Of a stretch of 24,058 nucleotides of DNA, positions 1-10,969 are shown piece by piece; position 1 is the first letter of the stretch; every line of letters starts with the position of its first letter. The position numbers were made by a program, and so were the translations under genes. Where the stretch lies: positions 434,001 through 458,058 of the forward strand of contig NW_026250433.1 of assembly GCF_024521635.1 (NCBI RefSeq), in the 5' to 3' direction. The notes under the pieces were generated by a model that saw nothing but the letters and a program-made list of their open reading frames with translations, ran no database searches and was not told the DNA's origin. The stretch is from Tricharina praecox (taxonomy: Eukaryota).

Positions 1-1877
1 GAAGAAAGAGCTCTGAGACGTAATCGGCAACATCGGGGCAATAAGTGTTCCAAGGCATGCCCCACATGCCCACATCACCGCCCTTGTACCTAGCAATCCT
101 CGTGCAGTGAGAACCGAAGAAATTGTGGTTTTTGCAGCTACCGTTGCCCTCGCGGATTAAATCAATAGTTTCACCACACTGACTGGAAGCCAAACTTTGA
201 ACTTTTCTTGCGCATCGGTGTACGGAAAATTCCACAACCGACGAGTGACATCGCGTGATTGTCAGCGATAAGCGATATCAGACTTTGACGCCGCGGTATT
301 CATTAGGTTCAGAATCAATTAGTGAATCGTAGGTACTGTAGAATAGTTGATATGAACGTAGTGCTTCCGCATAGCCCGGTCGCCTGCTGGATTCTCTAGG
401 TATATGCCGATGTCTTTCTGCTGTGACGCACGTGGCGCACGTGACGTGATGTTATATCCGAAGGCAGCATGCACGAAGGTGTGCTGATAAACAAGACCCT
501 GCATATGCGTGGTACGTACTCTACCAGGGACGGACTACTGTTACCGGGGATGCTAAGAGAGATACGTCGACCTGAATGGACGACCTCGTGGCATGAAACT
601 AGCAGCCAGGTTTGCTCACCGCCGCCGTGCAAGCACCCGATGCTGTGCTTCTCTTGCTGTAGACATGTTGAACTTACCATTCCTGCAAGTTGTCATTTGA
701 CATCAAAAGCAGCAAAACATCAACCCCGATACTGTCATCACACCGTCGGCAATGTTGCCGCACCGCCACCACCGATCGACGTCCTCAGCTTAAAAGCTCA
801 GCATTATATATCTCGAGATGATGGCCCATCCGCCGTGCTTTCCTAATGCAGTCGATGCTTGGGGATTACTGGCCCAGTCTTCAGGAGGCCTTGATTGCCA
901 CTTTCGGAAAAAGTTCGTCTCTGCTCTGAGGTGGTCACTACTCATCATCAACTGACCTCTAGATTCTAACAACATCAGCCAGACTTCGCTCCCGGAGAAC
1001 TCGTCGCGAACTGCCATCACAGCATCTACCGCATCTATCGCCGTCACCGCATCGCCTCCCATGCCAACCACCGCATCTCTCCCGCTGTAGCGAATCCCTT
1101 CCGCACAAACGATACACACGCTTCCGATTTTTCTCAAGACCAAGCTATCCGACGATCTGGCGGTATTCAGCAAGAGTGTTTGCATTTACGGCGGCACGCC
1201 GTTCTGCTTCTCTACACCACACATCATCGACAATATATCCGCCCTCTGGCCGAGTCACGAAGTATGCTCGGTAATTGCTGTTTTCTTCCTGCTGCTTGCG
1301 GCTCTCCTTCGGCGGACTCAAGAGTAATTATCTGAACCGTTGACTGTCAAGAGACGAATAGCATTGCTAATGTTTGTCTCGAGAAGCTTTGCCCTTTCCT
1401 TCCCATCGGTCCATACTATCACTATCTCCTCGGTCCTGCATCGCCACCATATCCTCACGACTCCTACCTGTAGACGGACCAACACCGGTAGGTGTGGTGA
1501 CGATTGTTTCAAAAAACTGCGTCGACATCAGTTACGCACAACAACAAACCCCCATCCTCACCGCGCGACCACTGAACCTCCCCCGTTGTCATCTTCCACC
1601 GAGACGAGAATCGCCAACACTCAACCGGGGTTTGAAACGTCGCTAGGAGCTTTTGCGAGTACGGGATTTACGCTTAGTATTTTGCACAAGGACTCGTCGA
1701 CAGGAGGAATGGAAGTGCTTATGCCTTTAAACACATGACCTTTGTGAGCAGACGAGGTATGTCGGCTTTCATATTTGCTTCCGAATAGGTGTCTCAGCCA
1801 GGATGTAGCCATGAAAGATCAGTAAAGGATCCGCTCCGATGCCGAGGTTAAAATCACTGCCTTCGACACATTGTAAC

Positions 1878-2070
1878 TACTGTATAGTGAAGGGGGGGGG
1901 GGGGGGGGGGGGGGGTAAAACATATGCTTTGTGAGCGTGCCATTGCGGAAAATAGCGTATCGATACGGTAAAATACGTATTTTGACCGTATTTATACGCT
2001 TTTTTCCGTATCGGTACGGTCACAAAGCGTATTTTTTTACCCCCCCCCCCCCCCCCTTCAATATACAGTA
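1878..2070. mobile_element. Palindromic (foldback) MITE-like element with poly-G/poly-C arms, TA at both ends (Tc1/mariner-type inferred)
   Basis: Left end TACTGTATAGTGAA-G24 (G run 1892-1915) is the reverse complement of right end C17-TTCAATATACAGTA (C run 2040-2056), with one mismatch in the outer 14 bp. The arms stay imperfectly complementary up to the centre AAAATAC|GTATTTT (1976/1977), with no spacer and no coding capacity. Confidence 0.8.
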
Positions 2071-2467
2071 TGCACATGATTATAAGATCAGCATCGATAT
2101 TTAGGCAACGAAAACATCACTCACGTCTACGCCCAGTTTCGACGTTGCGTGACCCCGGACCTCAGGTGAGAGGCAACCGCCGATAATTGAACATGTCACC
2201 ATTTGCATTAAGAATAGGGAAGACCACCAATATTGCCGTCTCGCACGGAGGCCAGATCATCAATATTGGGTTCGGCCATGCCGGGAAAGCATGGCTAGGA
2301 GGAAAACCCTTTGCCCACCCATTGGCAAAGGGAGAAAACCCCCTACACATCACCTACCGCCACAGATGATATGTTGATAGGTAGAAGTATGGATATCGCT
2401 CAGCCCGGAGTATATGGGTATATGGGTGTAGGCTAAGGAAACCATAAGGAAAAGATAGAAAGCGGGA

Positions 2468-2675
2468 GAAAAGCAACGAGAGATTTTTTTGGATTTTTCC
2501 TTTTTGATAGGAATACTGAAGTTCACTGGCAGGGTATAAAGGGTATCAGGCAGTAAGCTAGTAGGGAAAAGACGAAAACGTGAAAAAGCAACGCGAGGGT
2601 TTTTTTTTAAATTGTTTTTTTTTGATAGGAATACTGAAGTTCACAGCCAGGGTATGAAGGGTATAAATAAGGCAG
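2468..2675. repeat. Two-copy imperfect direct repeat (period about 115-120 bp) downstream of the 546-aa gene
   Basis: GAAAAGCAACG...TTTTTGATAGGAATACTGAAGTTCAC...CAGGGTAT(A/G)AAGGGTAT occurs at ~2468-2553 and ~2582-2675. GAAA-rich low-complexity sequence follows to ~2770. Confidence 0.85.
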
Positions 2676-2791
2676 GAAACCAGTAAGGGTAAGAAAAGGA
2701 ATAAAAGCAGAAAGAAAAAGTAGAAAGGAAAACAGAAAGCAAACAGAAAGCAAAAGAGAAGGCAAAGAGAGGCGAGGGGGTATATTGCCAC

Positions 2792-4432
2792 TCACTGGAA
2801 TTCGGCCGGCAAGGACCGGTCGAAAGGAGTCCAGTACCATGGATCATCCTTTGTCGGCTCCCATTGCCGGCATATCTGCCGGCTGTTGAGAAGCTGGCTG
2901 TGAAGGTTCCAGAGCGGAAGCCAGGCGCGCGGGATCACCTTCCAGAGGTACTCACCATCCTCTATCAGGGCCCGGCCTTCCATTCCGTGGAAGACATCCC
3001 ACAAGTCCACGTCCCAACCAGACGGAAGCATCCTGAGAGGCACCACCTCCACCTCGTCGTCACCGATCTCAATCCTTACCTCAACTTGGCCTTCCTCGGC
3101 CGAGTCCTCCTGGCGGTGGGGTTCCGCCGCTTCCGGATCCTCCGACTCCTCGGTGTCCAGTTGCTCCATGTAGAGGCGGTTTGCCTCCAGCATCCAGTTG
3201 GTCTCCGCATCGTCGTCGTCGGATCCGAGCTCGAGGTCCAGTCCATCGAGATGGATCGAGACTGGCGGCTCCGTCTCCACGCTGACATCCTCGATCCACC
3301 GGCAGATCGCTACCCAGTCGAGCTCCTCGTATTCTGCCTCGTCAGCAGAACCGTCCTCCCCCCTCCCTGTCACGACCGACTCGAGGTTGATGAACACAAC
3401 CTCGTCGGTCTGCCACTCGCCGAAAGAGAACTGGGAGTCGTTCTCTCCGGCTGCCTCGGTAGCGCTCTTGCTTAGAGCATGGTACTCCGTAGCGAGGTCG
3501 CCGCGAGCTTGAGCCAGGCCAGCCAGCAAACGAGGTTCGGCCGACTCGTCGACAACGCAAGTGTCATCCGAGCCGGCAACCGAAGCAGCACAATCCGACA
3601 GACCAAGCTCTGCCAACGTGTAGCAGTGCAGGAAATCGGAGCCTGCAGTGGGGTGGGGGGCGGAGGAAGAGACAGAAGCCTCGGAGCCCGAGTCCGAGAA
3701 ATCAGACAGACCGTAGTCTGCCGGACAGAAGGCAACAAAGGAAGAGACAGGGGCGGGCTCCGTGAAGCCAGACGTAGAAACCGAGCCACTAGGGAAAACC
3801 AGCGACTCGCGGTTGAAGGTGAAAGAGGGGGAAAAGGGGGAAGCCGAAGGCGTTCTAACGCAAATTTCCCCGCTCCCGCGGGGAAGCTTTGCGTGCGCCA
3901 CAAGGGCGCGCATCGCAATCCGCCTTATACCAGTGGAGGCGATGAGAGGCAGGGGGAGAGAGGAGGCAGGGAAGGGGCGGACGGAAGTGCGGGAAGCCGG
4001 AGACTTTCCAACGCAAGTTTCCCCGCGGATGCGGGGAAGCTTTCCGTGCGCCACATGGGCGCGCATCGCAATCCGCCTTATACCGGCGGAGGCGATGAGA
4101 GGCAGGGGGAGAGAGGAGGCAGGGAAGGGGCGGACGGAAGTGCGGGAAGCCAGAGACTTTTCAACGCAAGTTTCCCCGCGGATGCGGGGAAGCTTTCCGC
4201 GCGCCACATGGGCGCGCATCGCAATCCGCCTTATGCCGGCGGAGGCGATGAGGGGAAGGGGGAGAGAGGAGGCGCAAAGCAAAAGGGGGGAAGAGGCCGA
4301 CCTAACGCAAGTTTCCCCGCCCAAGCGGGGAAGCTTGCCATGGGCCACAAGGGCGCGCATGGCAATCCTCTTCATGCCAGAAGAGGCAGCGAAAGGAAGG
4401 GGGAGGCGGGAAGCAGCAACCAAAGAAACCAT
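2792..4432 (-). CDS. Hypothetical 546-aa intronless protein: four basic N-terminal tandem repeats, acidic centre, Trp-rich C-terminus
   Basis: Longest ORF in the window (track 2792..4528). The first ATG at 4432 has the fungal Kozak context CACAATGG and follows a CT-rich leader. Repeat periods are multiples of 3. No known family recognised. Confidence 0.7.
   Translation of the reverse strand: MVSLVAASRLPLPFAASSGMKRIAMRALVAHGKLPRLGGETCVRSASSPLLLCASSLPLPLIASAGIRRIAMRAHVARGKLPRIRGETCVEKSLASRTSVRPFPASSLPLPLIASAGIRRIAMRAHVAHGKLPRIRGETCVGKSPASRTSVRPFPASSLPLPLIASTGIRRIAMRALVAHAKLPRGSGEICVRTPSASPFSPSFTFNRESLVFPSGSVSTSGFTEPAPVSSFVAFCPADYGLSDFSDSGSEASVSSSAPHPTAGSDFLHCYTLAELGLSDCAASVAGSDDTCVVDESAEPRLLAGLAQARGDLATEYHALSKSATEAAGENDSQFSFGEWQTDEVVFINLESVVTGRGEDGSADEAEYEELDWVAICRWIEDVSVETEPPVSIHLDGLDLELGSDDDDAETNWMLEANRLYMEQLDTEESEDPEAAEPHRQEDSAEEGQVEVRIEIGDDEVEVVPLRMLPSGWDVDLWDVFHGMEGRALIEDGEYLWKVIPRAWLPLWNLHSQLLNSRQICRQWEPTKDDPWYWTPFDRSLPAEFQ
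3856..4410 (-). repeat. Coding tandem repeat, 4 units (periods 153, 153 and 141 bp = 51, 51 and 47 aa)
   Basis: The CAT of GCGCAT(C/G)GCAATCC lies at 3911, 4064, 4217 and 4358. The unit encodes LPLPxxASxGxxRIAMRAxVAxxKLPRxxGExCV. Confidence 0.95.
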
Positions 4433-4702
4433 TGTGAGGGTGGGGGGTGGAAGAAGGGTGGGGGAGGAAGAGACCAGAAAAGGGAGAAGGTTAGTGTGGG
4501 GAGAGAGGCGAGACCAGAGAAGGCACAAGGCTCAAGGCTGAAGGCGAGGTTGAAGAGAGCTGAGATCCGAGATCCGAGAGTTGGGAGTTGTGAGTTGAGA
4601 GTTGAGAGCAAGCAGTTGATTGTGGAGAGCGAGGAAGTTTGAGACTGGTGAGTATGAGGAGAGAAGGCCTGAAAGGGAAGAAGGGCGGGGGGGGAGGGGG
4701 GT
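4433..4702 (-). promoter_or_regulatory. Pyrimidine-rich leader/core promoter of the 546-aa gene with a 7-bp microsatellite
   Basis: The minus strand is strongly CT-rich. GAGATCC x2 and (G/T/A)GAGTTG-type heptamers run in tandem at ~4562-4607. CT-rich tracts typically precede filamentous-fungal start codons. Confidence 0.45.
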
Positions 4703-5589
4703 TTTGTATCGTCCTTAGCGTTTGTCGGCGAGCACAGAGGACGCGATCGAAACCGGTTTCTTGCACAGAGTTGTGGTGGTACGGTCGGGGTGCACCGCCT
4801 GAGCACGTCTTGCGGTGCACACCAACCCGCTGCGGCGACGAAAGCTGCTCGATCGAAGTATCCCCAAGGTGCTTGAGAGTCGAGACCATCGGCGCACGCA
4901 CACACGGTGGAAGGTGTGCGATCGAAGTGCCTTCGTCCAAATGTGCTTATCGTGGTTCACTAGCAGCGACTGTATTCGCAAAACATTCTCACACCGACGT
5001 CTACACTACTACATCTCCCGAGCTGACCTGCAAAACGTGCGCACACGGCTTTCCATTTAGATGTTCTGAAGGCACTCTCTCACGGGCGCAGCAGCGCCAG
5101 TGGGTGCTATGCATAATAGCATACGGCAAGGCTTCACAAATAGCTGTAGAGAAACCGACAACCTCGCTCACATCCTTGGGAAATTGACAGGCCAATGCAG
5201 CATCTCCAGATTTAACACGCACATGTAGCACCTGCGGATCCAAACTGACAGCGGGATGGGCGCCCCCGAACCACGGCTGTGAGTATCCCTTGACACACAC
5301 AACGCGTACACAAACGTGTTCGTGCATGCGCCCATGTCTTTCACCGCCCGGCAGCATCTCGTCTGCTTCCCGCCCGCGTACACTGGTATTCTTGGGCGAC
5401 CCATACCTCTGAGACGCTCGGCTCCCGACGGTCTCGATCATCCTTGCTCAGATCGAGCGGCCAAAAACCCTGGTTTCTTCTTAACACTAGTTAGATAAGC
5501 ACCGATATAGGAATGCCTGCTTGATCGCTACCGGCCGTTCGAGCCCAAGGTGTGCAGTCGCAGCTGCAGGGGCACTGCACTCCGCCGTT

Positions 5590-6410
5590 GGGGGAAGCTG
5601 TGGGGCTGCTGCCAAACTACCCCACGTCGCAGTGTAGTTCCTTGTTTTTTGTCATCTACATGCGTACCCTCTCGTGTCCACCCCCACCTTGTCCCAGAAC
5701 GATGGGCCTGAATCCTGGCAGTAGCCACTGCGCTCGGCCTTGAAAACCCCTGCCATGCCGCCCGATCTTGAGTGATAACGCACCCACACCTCCCAGCCAC
5801 TGCAATCGGCTGCGCGACACTGTCTCGCGCCCCCTGCAGTGCTCAACATTTGGCCGAAGGTCCACCATACCTACCCACGGTTTGGTTTGTTTTGGTTGTT
5901 CATGGACGCACGCCCGACCCCCCTTACCCCCGACCCCCCCGACCGCTGGATCGACCCCACCCTGTCCCAGCGCCATGGGCGTGGACCCTTGCAGCCATCA
6001 CTGCGCTCGATCTTCGAAACCACCTGCACACCGCTCGACCTTGCATAAGAGCGCACCTACATCTACTCTCCCACGCCGACTCTCGGTTTGTTTTGTTTTG
6101 ATTGTTCACGCATGCACGCCTCATCTCCACTCCCACCAACCCTCGGGCGCTGCGTCGGCTCCTACCCTCTCTTGGGACCCCGGGCCTGGGCCCTGGTAGC
6201 AATCACTGCGCTCGACCTTGGAAAACCCCCTGCACACCGCTCGACCTTGGATAAGAACGCACCTACAGTACCCAGCGATAGCATTGTGCTCAGTTGCACG
6301 GTGCGCAACACCCTACAGTGCTCTAAAGCAGGTTCACGGTCTACCACACCCCGCTTCAGGCCGCTGAGGAGGGGAAACCCTGGCAATGCTTGGAGTGCAG
6401 TGTGGTCATA
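5590..6410. repeat. Degenerate tandem array, about 3 units of 205-273 bp
   Basis: Core CACTGCGCTCGRYCTT..AAAMCMCCTGC..CCGCYCGAYCTTG..ATAA..GCACCYACA at 5726, 5999 and 6204. T-rich blocks (GGTTTGTTTTG..TTGTTCA) at ~5881 and ~6085, with a weaker one at ~5638. Confidence 0.85.
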
Positions 6411-7715
6411 ACCGATCTGCTGCCGGCCATTTTCACGCATGATAACTTATATGTTTTCGTCTCCGAGGAGTTGGTACTGTAAAATAGATTAATACCGTTC
6501 CCCTACTTGCCTTGCGGTATTCTTGGCTTGCTTATTTATTGTTTCACGCAGAGTCACTCGCGTTCGATTCCCGCTGGGCGCAGTGTCTAAATGGTTTTGC
6601 AGGTAGTGAGGGACTGGTGATGCTGTGATGTACGCGTAAATTCACGAAAATCTATGTATTTGGTAGGCGACGCGTCCCATGCCGTGTGTGCGATTCGTCT
6701 ACCACTGCTACGTTTCTAAGCACCGAACTACGTATACCGCGATTTCCTGTAGGCGGTGTGTTACGTGTATAATCGTCTCGGGAAACGTGAACGACAGTCC
6801 CCGGAACCGTACTGTTGGGATGGCAATGTAATCAGAGACAACCTGTGGGCATTGAGTTGTCCAATGCCAACCACATAGTAGAACTCCACCATGACACTGA
6901 GGCGACGATGCATGATCTAGGATACAAAGTTCAATTGATCATCACATATCTTGCGCACTTTCCAGCTACGTCGGACCGCCGATTGCTGGCCGTAGCGGTG
7001 ACATGAAAGGGGACTTGGTGGCATAGTGTACCTTCTTACAGCGATAGCTACGGAAGACAGATTCTACTGGACCTACGTCAAACGATGTTCCAGGCAGACA
7101 TGTTATGAAGCAATATTGAAGATGGCGCACTTCGGCGTTGAGTAGACTACGAGTGAAGATGTCGAGCTACCATCCATGACTCGGGCTACATGCTTGCTTG
7201 TTAGACTCTATGGCTTTAGTGGCTACGAATCTTGGATTCCATCACCTTTACGTACCGTAGCAGTGGATGAGTTTTTTGCCGTGGTAGCATATGGAAAAAC
7301 CGAGTGCTGGCCCACGCGGCTTGGCGGCGTGCGAATGCGCACTGCGTTTCACGTTCTGCTGAGGCTTACCACCATTTTCACTTACGCTCCCGCACCATTG
7401 ATATGAAACTCTTCTGACTTACAGCAGCGTTGGTATCAGCTTAAATTACGAATACGTCACCCACGTGCAATGTCTACGATCGCAATCACAACCTCATCTA
7501 CGATTTTTCGACTCGGGTCTCTCCGCTGAGTCACCTTTACTCATGTGCGCACGCATCCTCATCAACTCGGATCGCTTCATCATTCCTCTTGAAGTTACTA
7601 TCACATGTATCTCAAGTCTGCGTCCAATTCCATCCTCATACCATCCTTACACCTGCAGGGTCCGTCCGTCGATCCCCTCCACGGCGTCCTAACTACTCAT
7701 GACCCCATGACCCCA

Positions 7716-8368
7716 TCAACCACCCAACCACATCTCCATCCACGCAAACACCGCCCACGTCCCAATGTTTCCACTCACGGGACAAGCAACCATCATTCCC
7801 AGGGCAGCAACACACATCATGCCCGAGACGATGGCACACATTAACTCGAGCATTTCGGGACCGGAAAGGATCCAGCGGTTGAAGGGGAGGTGAACGAGGC
7901 TGACGATGTGGAGGCCCTGCCATATGCCGTCGCCTTTTTCCGCGTCATCGTTCTCGGTGGCTACGTCCGTGGGAGGAGTGGACGGTCGGGGATGGCGGTC
8001 AGGCATGGGGTGGGCGGAGGGGGCGAGGAGGCGGCGTGTCGATGTGGGGTGTGGGCTGCTGCTGCTGCTGGAAGGAGGGCGAGGCGGGTGTGAGGTGGGC
8101 GTGGATTGGGCTGGAAAATGGGTGTCAGTTCGATGATGCCGGCGATGGGGGCGGATGGCTTACGCCTCGTTACGGAACGGAACTTGCTGACTCCGGTTGG
8201 GCGGTGAGCGGTGGATGAGCGTCCATTGCTGTACTTGAACTTCGAGACGGCGGTGGATAAGCTGGTAGAGGTGGTGGTGACGGTGCCGCTGGTCTTGTAA
8301 GGAGCGACGACAACGAAGAAGAGAAGGTATATCCAAACTAGATGGCGGTTCATGCGTAAAAGCTTCAT
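7716..8368 (-). CDS. Hypothetical 199-aa secreted/membrane protein, complement(join(7716..8110,8164..8368))
   Basis: ATG at 8368 (context GCCATG) opens a hydrophobic N-terminus, MKLLRMNRHLVWIYLLFFVVVA. A 53-nt intron at 8111-8163 (GTAAGC..CTGAC..CAG) joins track ORF 7961..8584 in frame to ORF 7716..8006. The product has an S/T/P-rich middle and a hydrophobic C-terminus (LMCAIVSGMMCVAALGMMVAC..WAVFAWMEMWLGG). Confidence 0.7.
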
Positions 8369-8797
8369 GGCGATTGTTGTGTGAGGAGGGTGTAGTTCAA
8401 TTGAAGTGGTTGATGTGCCGCTGCTTGTTGAGATCGCGTGGCGGGATGCAACTTCAAGATATGTAGGCTTGCCAAGATGTCGGGGTACAAGGGTCTGCAA
8501 TAGCCTTGGAAAACATAGAATGTTGTGAACAGTGATGCCACGATGCGTCACTCGGTAATCCCGCTGCGCATCAAAAACCTGCACACCGTACGTGAACTCA
8601 CATCTTAAGGCAGCAATCTGTCACGAACCGGGAAGATTTCACAGACATGTAGTTTTGTTTGTTCAGAACATGAAGCAGCGTCTTGACCTACCACCCATCT
8701 GCAGCGGCCTGATGAAACGAATTTGCAACCTGCGTAGAAACAGAGCAGTCATTAAATGAGTGTTAAAACGAGAAGGCAAGACATGTACACAATGAGT

Positions 8798-9040
8798 TTC
8801 ATCAAAACAAAAAACATTCCACGAAGGCGCCGGAGGAGGGAAGCCACGCGATCATCACACATCACCCGTATTTAGCGGCCTCAAGAAAAAAAACCATCAT
8901 CTCCCCTGTGTGTGAACGCCGGCAAATGAATCATATTAATTATCGAGCGAGTTTCATAAATACGAGACGAGATGTCTATACGGGTAATCTTCATTAAAAC
9001 AAAAAAAAGGATGAGGGACGGAAGTCCAAGCGACATCATG
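8798..9040. repeat. Weak degenerate direct repeats
   Basis: TTCATYAAAACAAAAAA...GGAAG.CCA.GCGA.CATCA at ~8798-8857 and ~8990-9038. Confidence 0.45.
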
Positions 9041-9149
9041 AGGGGCCACTCGGTTACAGAACCTTGAGGGAAAATTAGTATCCCACCTGCATAGAAACGC
9101 GGTTGAAAGATCATGACAATCATTAAACACGAGTAAAAGCGGGAAGGGA

Positions 9150-9301
9150 TGGATTTCCGGGCCCCACGGGACCCCACTCGGGCCCCGGGCTTTTTGAACC
9201 TGGGACGGAGCCCGACTCGTCTGGCCAAATTCTCGCCCCAGACGGGACGGCGCCGCCTGGCTTCAATAGTCTTCCGTCAGGACGGACTATTCCCAGGCCT
9301 G
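9150..9301. mobile_element. Possible single end of a hAT-like non-autonomous element
   Basis: GC-rich patch with repeated GGGAC/GGACGG motifs ending ...GGACGGACTATTCCCAGGCCTG (reverse complement starts CAGGCCTGGG). The layout resembles the right end of the 11627-11978 element. No partner end found. Confidence 0.3.
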
Positions 9302-9394
9302 TCATACCGTGCCAGAGTAACACCTATAACGCACCAAATGCGGCGAGCGGTAATACGAGCCTCTCGCTTCTACCATGATTAGAATAGACCATAG

Positions 9395-10969
9395 TGCTAT
9401 GCATGATCTTCCCGACGACCCGGTAACAGAAGTTGATGTTGTAGACGTTCGGCAACCCTCGCTCAACATGACTTAGCTCAACCGAGGTCAATGCACTCTC
9501 CAACTTTCATCAACAACGGCTACCAGCCGACTCTTACTGTCTTACATCGCACGTCCTGCACCCCACACTCCGGCCATCCTTTGTATGCACACCACCATCT
9601 ATCCTCCTCCATACAACGTTATCGACCATGCGGAAAGATTCACTAGTTTTGGTTGTGACGTGGATCGCCATATTCGCTGTCTGTATCGTTGTCCACCATA
9701 TCTATACGATCTCCCTATGGCTACGGTGTCGTTGTTAGACTATTTTCTCGTGAAGCAGCACATCAAGTTCACGCAGGTGCAGCCTTTCGACACGAGAATC
9801 CTGTGTGCACTACCACGTTGCCATCTGTCGCCATCCGTGAATGAGTATGATTGTGATCCCTGGATTGACGCTCATATCGCTAATATACCACTTGGGCAGC
9901 GCCGGTTGCGATCACCGCGGTACGAATCTCCACCATCGATGCAACTACTACCGCACATTACTTGCAAGGCCCTCGATCAGCGTCACCGAAAGGGCGCGGA
10001 AGGTGGAATGGTATCTGCCATATCAAAGCGACGATAAGTTGCTCGTCAGGCTAAGCAACTGAGGAACGTTGCGGAGTTGCTTCGTTCGAGGACTCGGAAT
10101 GAGATCGATTCGCCATCCAAACGGTACATCCCCTACTTTTGCATCTCTCGTCCAACTAATTTGATCAAGCGGATGGGCCCGCGGCGGTCTTCGGCAGTCA
10201 AGCACCTGGCTCGAAAAGCGTCGCGTTGGTGACAATGCATTTGGTCCTGGGCACACAGCAACATCGCCGCCAACCAAACGTTCACTAGCTAGCTAGCTGA
10301 TGCAAGTTCGGACTTTGGGGTCTTGGTTCGAAGTCGTCCTCTGCTTGCAGGCAACTATCGGATGATTGGTTTTTGTTTTTGTTATATTTTTTACCTAGTA
10401 GGAGTTATGCAGAGGTTGCTACTAGAACGCGTCGGTGATGTAAGAATGGGTGGTCGCTCTAGAACGAGATCTAGATTGATGGAGGTGTGGTTATGTGTCA
10501 TGTGTTGTTTCATACTATGCGTATGGCGGGTTTGTTTTGGCTGGATACTACCAGATTGTTGAGGCGCTTCAGGATACCGGCGAGGGTTCACCACCGGGTG
10601 AGAATGTTATGTTTTTTCTTGCTGTACAGGTTATATTTATTCTTGTCCCGAGTCCTCCTGATCATACCCCACGGTTGCTACCCTGTGAAAGGCCTCCTTG
10701 TGGTCCTCGAAAGGAAGTCGTCCGCATCTTCGTAGCTCTAATATTACTCTACCTGTACATTGCTTCTGTAAAGGAGAGCTGGTTCGCAAAAAAAAACATC
10801 ACTCGGTATTCGTTGCTCATGAGTGTCAAATAATGAATTGAGACACGAATTCGGCATACAGGGTAACAAGTACTAACCAGGTGGGATGGGCAATATAGAA
10901 AGTTCGAAAGGCCGTAGAAGTACGAGATGCTTCGTTTGAAGTAGTTAATTCGTGAATGAGATTGATTAG
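9395..10969 (+). repeat. Segmental duplication copy A
   Basis: 9395-~10630 aligns by eye with 11990-~13280 (start TGCTATGCA.GATCTTCCCGACGACC). 10676-10969 aligns with 15675-15973. Confidence 0.95.
9585..10290 (+). pseudogene. Disrupted paralogue of the 12172-13012 gene
   Basis: Same MHTTI...DYFLVKxHIxFTQxQPFDTRILCALPRCH start and same candidate intron (9845-9899, GTATGA..GCTAAT..CAG). TGA at 10060-10062 replaces the TGC of copy B, and further stops follow. Confidence 0.45.

Noticed and set aside
428..445. Two adjacent CACGTG E-boxes, one matching the Cbf1-type RTCACGTG on the minus strand
   Set aside because: Short motifs with no supported downstream gene and no AT-rich centromere-like context.
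469..1740. Short ORFs and an ACCGCATC-rich Thr/Ala stretch as a gene
   Set aside because: No consistent spliced model or recognisable motif. It may be a decayed gene, but I cannot support that.
2558..2847. Hydrophobic Phe/Leu-rich minus-strand ORFs
   Set aside because: A by-product of TTTC-rich low-complexity 3' flanking sequence; all three frames look alike.
3479..4642. Long + strand ORFs (387 aa and 259 aa) and the 203-aa ORF 2864..3475
   Set aside because: Antisense shadows of the GC-rich, repetitive 546-aa gene. They start at GTG, are G/R-rich low complexity, and the Kozak context and CT leader favour the minus strand.
5485..5500. CACTAG as a possible CACTA transposon terminus next to the repeat array
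   Set aside because: No matching inverted terminus found in the window.
5590..6410. Possible CRISPR-like repeat-spacer array
   Set aside because: Units are over 200 bp and degenerate, the spacers are homologous to each other, there are no cas genes, and the context is eukaryotic.
6555..6582. GTTCGATTCCCGCTGGGCGCA resembling a tRNA T-arm/B-box and 3' end
   Set aside because: The T-stem has mismatches and I found no complementary acceptor stem, D-arm or anticodon arm upstream. The similar GGTTCGATTCC near 16395 also fails to fold.
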